From the NCBI GenBank assembly GCA_951406725.2, contig OX597814.1:125798001-125862000 (forward strand): a DNA stretch of 64,000 nucleotides, given 5' to 3'. Below are positions 56,600-64,000 of the stretch, piece by piece. The notes beneath the pieces are model-generated. The model was not told the DNA's origin. It saw only the letters and a program-made list of their open reading frames with translations, and made no database searches. Source of the stretch: Octopus vulgaris. Its lineage: Eukaryota. Within the stretch, counting starts at the first letter, position 1. Every line of letters starts with the position of its first letter. The translations under genes were made by a program, and so were the position numbers.

Positions 56600-57690
56600 A
56601 GCAGGGGTGGATGCTCTGAAAGTGTTGCTAGAATGAAAATAGCCTGGGCAAAGTTCAGGGAGCTCCTACCTCTGCTGGTGACAAAGAGCCTATTGCTGAG
56701 AGTAAAAGGTAGACTGTATGACGCATGTGCACGAACAGCCATGCTACATGGCAGTGAAACATGGGCCATGATTGCTGAGGACATGCGTAAGCTTGCAAGG
56801 AATAAAGCCACTATGCTCCGCTGGATGTGTAATGTCAGTGTGCATACATGACAGAGTGCAAGTGCCATGAGAGAAAAAGTTGGACATAAGAAGCATCAGA
56901 TGTGGTGTGCAAGAGAGATGACTGCGCTGGTATGGACATGTGGTGCAAATGGATGAGGACAGCTGTGTGAAAACGTGTCACACCCTAGTAGTTGAGGGAA
57001 TCTGTGGAAGAGGTAGACCCTGGAAGACATGGGATGAGGTGGTGAAGCACGACCTTCGAACATTGGGCCTCACCAAGGCAATGACTAGTGACCGAGACCT
57101 TTGGAAATATGCTGTGCTTGAGAAGACCCAGTAAGCCAAGTGAGACCATAATCTTGTGGCCTATGCCAGTGGTGTAACCAGCCTACTTATGCGTTGCTTG
57201 CAAAGACCTGTTGTGGCAAGTGAAATCACAATCATATTTGCTGACGTCGCCGATGACAGCACCGCCTGACTGGTACTCATGCCAGTGAAACGGTAAAAGC
57301 ACCGTCTGAGCATGATCGCTGCTAGAGTCGCTGACTGGCTCCCATGCCAGTGGCACATAAAAAGCACTATTCGAACGTAATCGTTACCAGCGTCGCCTTA
57401 CTGGCACTTGTGCCGGTGACACATGAAAAACAACATTCAAGCGAGGTCGTTGCCAGTGCCACTAGACTGGCTCCTGTGCAGGTGGCACATAAAAAAACAC
57501 CATTTGAGCATGGCCATTGCCAGTACCGCCACTCGGAGTGGTTGGCGTTAGGAAGGGCATCCAACTGTAGAAACTCTGCCAGATCAGATTGGAGCCTGGT
57601 GCAGCCACCTGGCTTGCTAGTCCTCAGTCAAACCGTCCAACCCATGCCAGCATGAAAAGCGGACGTTAAACGATGATGATGATGATGATG
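56600..57690 (+). mobile_element. RTE-clade LINE 3' fragment with repetitive 3' UTR and (GAT)n tail
   Basis: AWAKFRELLPLL...KGRLYDACARTAMLHGSETW...LRWYGHV..M...GRGRPWKTW; tail gttaaacgatgatgat. Confidence 0.85.
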
Positions 57691-58084
57691 TATACAGACT
57701 ACATATATATATGTATATATAAATATGTGTGAGTGTGTGCATATGTGTATACATATCGTTGTAAGTCCAAAACATTGTTATAAGTCCCCAAAAAGTTCAA
57801 AACATTGCTTTTTTAGAAAATAAAAAAATACTTTCACCATTCCATAGCAAAACTGTTGTACTACACTTTGACAATTTTTGATATCTTGGCATCTGAAGCA
57901 GCTGGAGATATGACAGTTTGACCAAGAGAACAGACTATTGCAAACAAAAATGAATATAAAGAAAAAATGAATTTGGCCAAATTCGGACACATGACAGTTT
58001 AACAAAATAGTAATGGTATATATATATATATATATATATGTAAATACACACACACACATACCTTTATATATACCAGTCTTTATA

Positions 58085-58665
58085 TTCAAACTAAACATGG
58101 ATGTTTTATTAGAACATTGAATACTGTTATTTACCTTGAGAGGACCTCTCATATAGATGCATGGTGCATAAAAGTACATGTATCTATATCATTGGCAGAC
58201 CAGAATCATCTGCTGTGAGTGCTGGAACTGCTAGATCATGTAATTTCAATGTAGCCTGTCTGCTTAGTGGCAGATATCTGGTAGCCACATACCGGCCAAA
58301 TCTCATTCTCAATGATACATATAGTATATCAGTGATTTTTCAAGCACTGATGTTTCAAATAGCCAGCAGGCTTATTTTAAAATAATTAGTAGCTAATAAT
58401 TATTTGAAAATTCACTGAAATTCTATATATTGTTGGCAATGAGATTCAGTTGGTATGTGGCTGCCACTGAGGATGTTTACCACTGAGGAGACAGCATATG
58501 TCAAAATTATGTGATTTGGCAGTTATGGTTCCCATAGCAGATGATTCTCATCTGCCAATGAGAATGTGTGCTTTTATGCAACATGTGTCCATGTCAGAGG
58601 TCCTCTTAAGGTAAATAACACAATATTCTGTGTTCTAACAAAACAGCCATGTTAAGCTGGATGTA
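58085..58665. mobile_element. Old foldback/MITE with long imperfect TIRs
   Basis: tgttatttaccttgagaggacctct / agaggtcctcttaaggtaaataaca, with further pairing on either side. Confidence 0.7.
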
Positions 58666-58689
58666 CCAGTTAAAACTATCTTTTGCCCT

Positions 58690-58915
58690 TCTTGAAGGGA
58701 TGGTAAACCAGGAATCATTCTCAAGTAATTTTCAGCCCTATTTTTGATCATTCCTAGTGCTCCTATAATCTCTGGTATTGTACCCACCTTGAGATACCAC
58801 ATTTTTAAAAAATTTCAATGAGCAAATCTTTATATTTTCTGAGCTTGACAAATACTTTTGCTGTAATATTAGGATCACAAGGGATACTTATGTCAATGAA
58901 AAAACTGACTTTATC
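58690..58915 (-). pseudogene. R4/Dong-like restriction-like endonuclease relic
   Basis: FIDISIPCDPNITAK..KLRKYKDLLIEI / KMWYLKVGTIPEIIGALGMIK, with one frameshift. Confidence 0.8.
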
Positions 58916-59084
58916 ATCATCATCATCATCTTACTAGAAACATTCATGTTCATCATAGTACTTTTAAATTATTAAGGTTAAAAAAAAAAACAGAAATCAG
59001 GAAACCAACCCTGATTACAATATTTAATTAACCAAGTTTGTCAAACAGTTTTGTGTTCTTTCTAATTAGAAGTGTTTGAGAGTT

Positions 59085-59500
59085 TTGCTTCTTGACTTTA
59101 TATTTTTTATAAACTTTTAAATATCTTTTGTTGACTTCTGAATATCTTCTTTTGTTGTCATTTAACTATATTTTGTTGTCACCAAGATATATACTTTTTG
59201 ACTTCTAAATATCATTTGTTGTCTTCTAAATATATTTTCTTGACTTCTAAGTAATTTGTAAACTTCTAAATGTCTTTTGTTGCCCTACAAATATCTTTTG
59301 TTAACTTGTAAACTCATTTATGCTCATTTCTGAATATCTTTTTATGTTAATTCAGATAACTGTTAGTGTCATCAAAATATATTTTTGCTAACTTCTCAAT
59401 ATATTTTACTAACTTATAAATATCTTCTGTTGGTATTTATATATTTTCTTGTCATTTAAATACATTTTGTTGTCACCAAAATATGTATTTTGTTAAATTT
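59085..59500. repeat. Degenerate ~21-bp minisatellite (aaatatcttttgttgacttct)
   Basis: Many diverged tandem units. Confidence 0.75.
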
Positions 59501-62500
59501 TAGAGTAGTTGCTTGCTTTTTTGAAGTGAATTGTGTGTGTGTTTTGTGTGTGTATGCATGTAGTGTTGTGAATGTGTGTGTGTGTTGTGAATGTATGTGA
59601 TGTGTTTGTGTGTTTTGTATTTCCATATGACATGTTTTATGTTCTGTCGTGTAGAGTAAGTTGTATGTGTTATGGTGTTGTGCATGTGTGTGTGTGTGTT
59701 GCAGCTAAAAAATATCAGAAGTAGATGAAAATAGTAGTGGTGTGGGGTAGTTAGAGTATGCTATATAAAGTAGGTCAAAAAATATTTTTGCCTATTTTCT
59801 TATGAACTAATAAAATAACCAGTTCCCCACTCCATTATTTCAACCACTCTTTTTTGGAGAATTTGTCATAAATGTCAAAGTTTAAAAGCAAGCATTAAAA
59901 TTAAATATTAAATTAAGAACTATGTTCCACCAGTTGACCCTCATACATTCATCTCATAGTATGAAAGTATGTAACAAATAGCCTGAACTAACAGTCACTC
60001 ACTCAATTAGCTGACATCTTCCTTTGTTTCAAAGAATCTGCCCTTGTTGGTTAGTACTTGTTCTAGATCTTACATTCCTATATCCAAGTGTCTTTTAGAG
60101 CACTAAATGACTTTTAAGATCAAATACGTGGTATTGCACAATATAAAGCTGTGCTTCAAAGCTGAACTGAGTTTGGCCTCACAGTTTCACTGTCCTAGCA
60201 AATTAGAATGTTTTGTAGCATTGAAATCTCTGAAATGGTTACTAGGGAAATATTCCATACAGATTAATCTTTGTAACTTTTGTTGAGACCTTGTTTAGTG
60301 AAGAGATGTGTGGAAGTTACAGGACCAACAACATCCATTTTCTTGTAGAAATGAAGTTGACTTAATCATTTTCCTTTCAAATTAGTTGATTGATCAGTAA
60401 TTTGACCTTTAAAACTCTTCAGTACAGTTAAGATGTTAACTTCTTAGTGACAGCAAGTCAGGGGAGAAAAGAGTATTTTCACAGCCACAGTAATATTATG
60501 TGATTGTCTGCATCTGGTGGATATTGGATATTTAATACATCTTTATATCTCTAGCAGCCCTTTAACATTGAAATCTGTATTAAAATACTGTGAAAACGAG
60601 GAAGAATGGGGCAAGAAGGAAAGGAATAGAGAGAAAGAGTGTATTCTTTGACAATCTTCTTCCCAAAGGATCTTTTTAAATAACTCAAATTTTTAGGAAT
60701 TTTAAAGTATTTCTCCAGTAGTACAAATGGTTCCATATTTAATAAACATAACTGTTTCTCTATAGGTAGCTAGTTTAACATGCCCACCTGGTTTAACACC
60801 ACTACATGTTCCTCAAGTGTCCTTAGCACAGAGTTCACTCTGTTGTAAACCCATGTTTTCGTGCATATGTTCAAGCTGGGCATCACCTGCATTAATCTTT
60901 TCCATCAGTCTATGAGGAGAACCTACCAAGGCCATGGTCACTGCCCTCTTTTCCTTGACTAGCTTATAAAAAATATAACGCAATAGCTACACAAAATAAT
61001 CTATATTAGATTGCCTTAAGGAGACAGAATATTTTATTTACTGAAGGATTCTGTTTGCCATATATTAGATATTTCCTCTCTTAACATATCTCATATTTTC
61101 ATATTACTCTTTTGCCTTTTGCCTATGTAAACTATTGCTAATCTCATAGAATTCTAGTGTTTATATTTTGGTTCTAAAATATACTGATTTCTCCATGGGA
61201 ATTTAAATGATTATATGTTTTATAAACATAGTAAGTCAGCTGGGATATAGCTTTTGAGAGAGAAAAAAAATGTGACTGTCTCTTTATAGGTTTACAAGAT
61301 TTTGTTAGATATGTCTTTTTTATTTGATTTTTATTTCCAATTTAAAGCCTAGATTGCTACATTATACATTCTTGTGTGTCATTTTATATTGGATTCCAAT
61401 GTGTTATTATAGATAGGTTGATGGTGCCAAGTTTAAAAGCGCAACAAGGTCAGCCAAAATGTATTCCATCATTCCAGAGTTAGTAAAAATAATATTAGAA
61501 TACATTGTCAGCTTATTGAAAGATAAAATGTTCAGACGCTCTTTGAGGCTGGACAATGATAAAGCAAGCATTTCCTTATAGCTACACTAAAACTAGGTTT
61601 GGTAATAACTTCAATACCAATATGATGTAGGTGCCTTTTTTATGTATAACTACAGTTCTATCCGTATGTTTGATACACCTATATGTAGCCTCAATGTTAT
61701 AAATCTTTAACCACTTTAGAATGAAGATCAAGCCAACTAGTTTTGTCTTTCAGTAAACTCTCATCAGACATCATTTACAAATCTCCTACATGATGTCAAC
61801 ATTAAGAAGTGTAGAGCTACTAAGAAAAAATGTCAACAAGATTGTAACTCAGTTTACATAATGGTACAAGGTTTACTGCTAGGCTTTAATAACATTGAGT
61901 ATGGACACAGCATGGGTTATGAATAAATGTGTATATAGAATTATATTTATACACCATGTGCATGAGTCCATTACCATTTTGAACTGTTCTCCCCACCCCA
62001 TCCATACATTAATCTACACACACATACACACAGAGTTAGTTATTTCCTTCAAACTTTCCCATCCTCTTTGTCCCATGACCTCTATTACAATTTACCATGG
62101 TTCCTTTAAAAGGATATTTTGATACCAACTGCTTAAATGAAAAGACACGTGCTTGCTTATGTTCTTTGTGTCATATCTATTTTCCCTCCCCACCCCACCT
62201 GCTAAATGGTGAAACTAGCTGAAACCCTAAAGTTGACACCACCAGCCCATGTCAAAAATGATTCTACAGATGTAATGCCATCTTCATAGTTATGCACGCA
62301 TGAAAATTAGTCTGCAGCAGATCTGGTTCCAGTTTCTGAATGTCTGACATCTTTTTCTCCAACTGTTTCTATGGTGAAGCAATCAAACTTGTTCCTGGAA
62401 AATAAATATGCATTTATTTTTCACACCATCACACCACTGATCCATTTACTTCACTACTTTCACTCATCAGCTTTATTGATAATTAAATTTGTTTTCTCCT

Positions 62501-62674
62501 AACTTCTTTATTTATCATTGTTGATTTTGTAAACTAAATTACACACACACACACACACACAGTGTTGAGTTTGTCTGAAGAAGCAGTTGTATAGCACATA
62601 AACACCAAGCTAACAGGCCTCTGGATTAGCATATACATGAAAAAATCTTATAAAAGATACCTTAAATTAAATAT

Positions 62675-63065
62675 GGTAAGAAGCTTGCTTCCCAACCACA
62701 TGGCTCTGGGTTCAGTCCTGCTGCATCACACCTTGGGCAAGTGTCTTCTACTATAGCCTTGGGCTGACCAAAGCTTTGTGAGTGGATTTGGTAGACAGAA
62801 ACTGAAAGAAGCCCATCGTATATGTATATACCCATGTGTGCATGTGTTTGTGTCTTTGTCCCTCCATCACTGCTTGACAACCAGTATTGACGTGTTTACA
62901 TCCCTGTAACTTAGCTGTTTGGAAAAAGAGACCGATAGAATAAGTACTAGGCTTAAAGATAAAAAAATAATCCTGGGGTTGATTTGTTTGACTAAAAGTT
63001 CTTCAAGATGGCGCTCCAGCATGGCTGCAGTCAAATGACCGAAACAAGTAAAGAAATAAAAGAAA
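62675..63065 (+). mobile_element. CORE-type tRNA SINE, CpG-decayed
   Basis: Same family as 22226-22628. Confidence 0.85.
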
Positions 63066-64000
63066 TATCTTACATTCTTACATGATCTATCCCACATTAA
63101 ATATATCCTTTCTTAATTTATCTACAATAAGAACAGCATCCAAGTGTTTCTACTATGGCACTCTTGCTTCCCTTTCCCACCCATTTTTTTTCTTCTGTTA
63201 TTGATCTTTTTTTCTAAATACCTCCTCATCCATATAACCCTGACTCACCAAACAAATCATAGTAGTGAGGAAGACTGTCTAATCTGATAGAGTTGATACC
63301 ACTCTAAAATCAACCCATGATACTTTGTAAAGTAGTTGGTGAACAAGCAGGTATGTTGGGGTTAAGAACACCCTTTTGTCTTGTCATCAATATTGCTTCT
63401 CTGATGCTGGTGCCATGATAAAATTCTCCTAGTACACTCTGATATGTGGTTGACAACAGGAAAGGCATCAAGCTGTAGTAACCAAGTCAAAATTGAAATG
63501 TAAAAGAGACATGTTCTTCCAATCCATCTAGGAGGACAGTAACTTTGAATATGAATTTACTCAAACCATAATGATTTGTTCATCCCATACCAGCATAAAA
63601 AAATGGATATAAAGTGGTGGTGGTGGTGGTGGCTCATGATACTTATCCTATATTAAATATTTCGATCTAATATTTCTTGAATTGACTTGCATCAGGTAAG
63701 ATGGTGATTATGCAACATATCTTGTTTATTAAAGGACTTGAATATCACTGATCCATCATTGTCTTTCAAAGCTCATACATAGTAACTGGTATCACAAGAA
63801 TAGTGATCATTGGGCTTTACACACTTACCCACCTTTATTTACAGTGCTAAGAATATTGGTTCAGACATTCCATCCAAAGAAAATTGGAAGATATTAGTAT
63901 CAGTTGACTAAATCAAACCTAATACATAACTGGTACTACTTTAATATTCTGTATTGAATATCTTATCTTAAAAGTTCTATATTTAAACATTAGTATCCTA

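Overview
AT-rich, repeat-saturated eukaryotic DNA, most likely a coleoid cephalopod such as Octopus (inferred from microsatellite density and SINE types). Nearly all ORF-track entries are microsatellite translations, and no host protein-coding exon is confidently identifiable. The one substantial coding element is a young, 5'-truncated Penelope-like retroelement (PLE) on the minus strand (~40.07-43.90 kb) lying between (TA)n tracts. Its RT/GIY-YIG frame has no usable start codon and overlaps an upstream ORF by 94 nt across a U-UUU-UUU heptamer, a candidate -1 ribosomal frameshift. Its 3' UTR carries a CCAAT/TATA promoter cassette and a hammerhead ribozyme (HHR). At least six further HHR motifs sit in short non-coding inserts in or next to (TA)n tracts, including a perfect 158-bp-arm palindrome with a canonical HHR on each strand. 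Also present: non-autonomous Helitrons (one exact head-to-tail junction), Tc1 and DD37D mariner relics, MITEs, RTE and R4/Dong LINE relics, and several tRNA-derived SINE families. CpG decay rises sharply near 30-31 kb, suggesting the right half lies in a methylated gene body.
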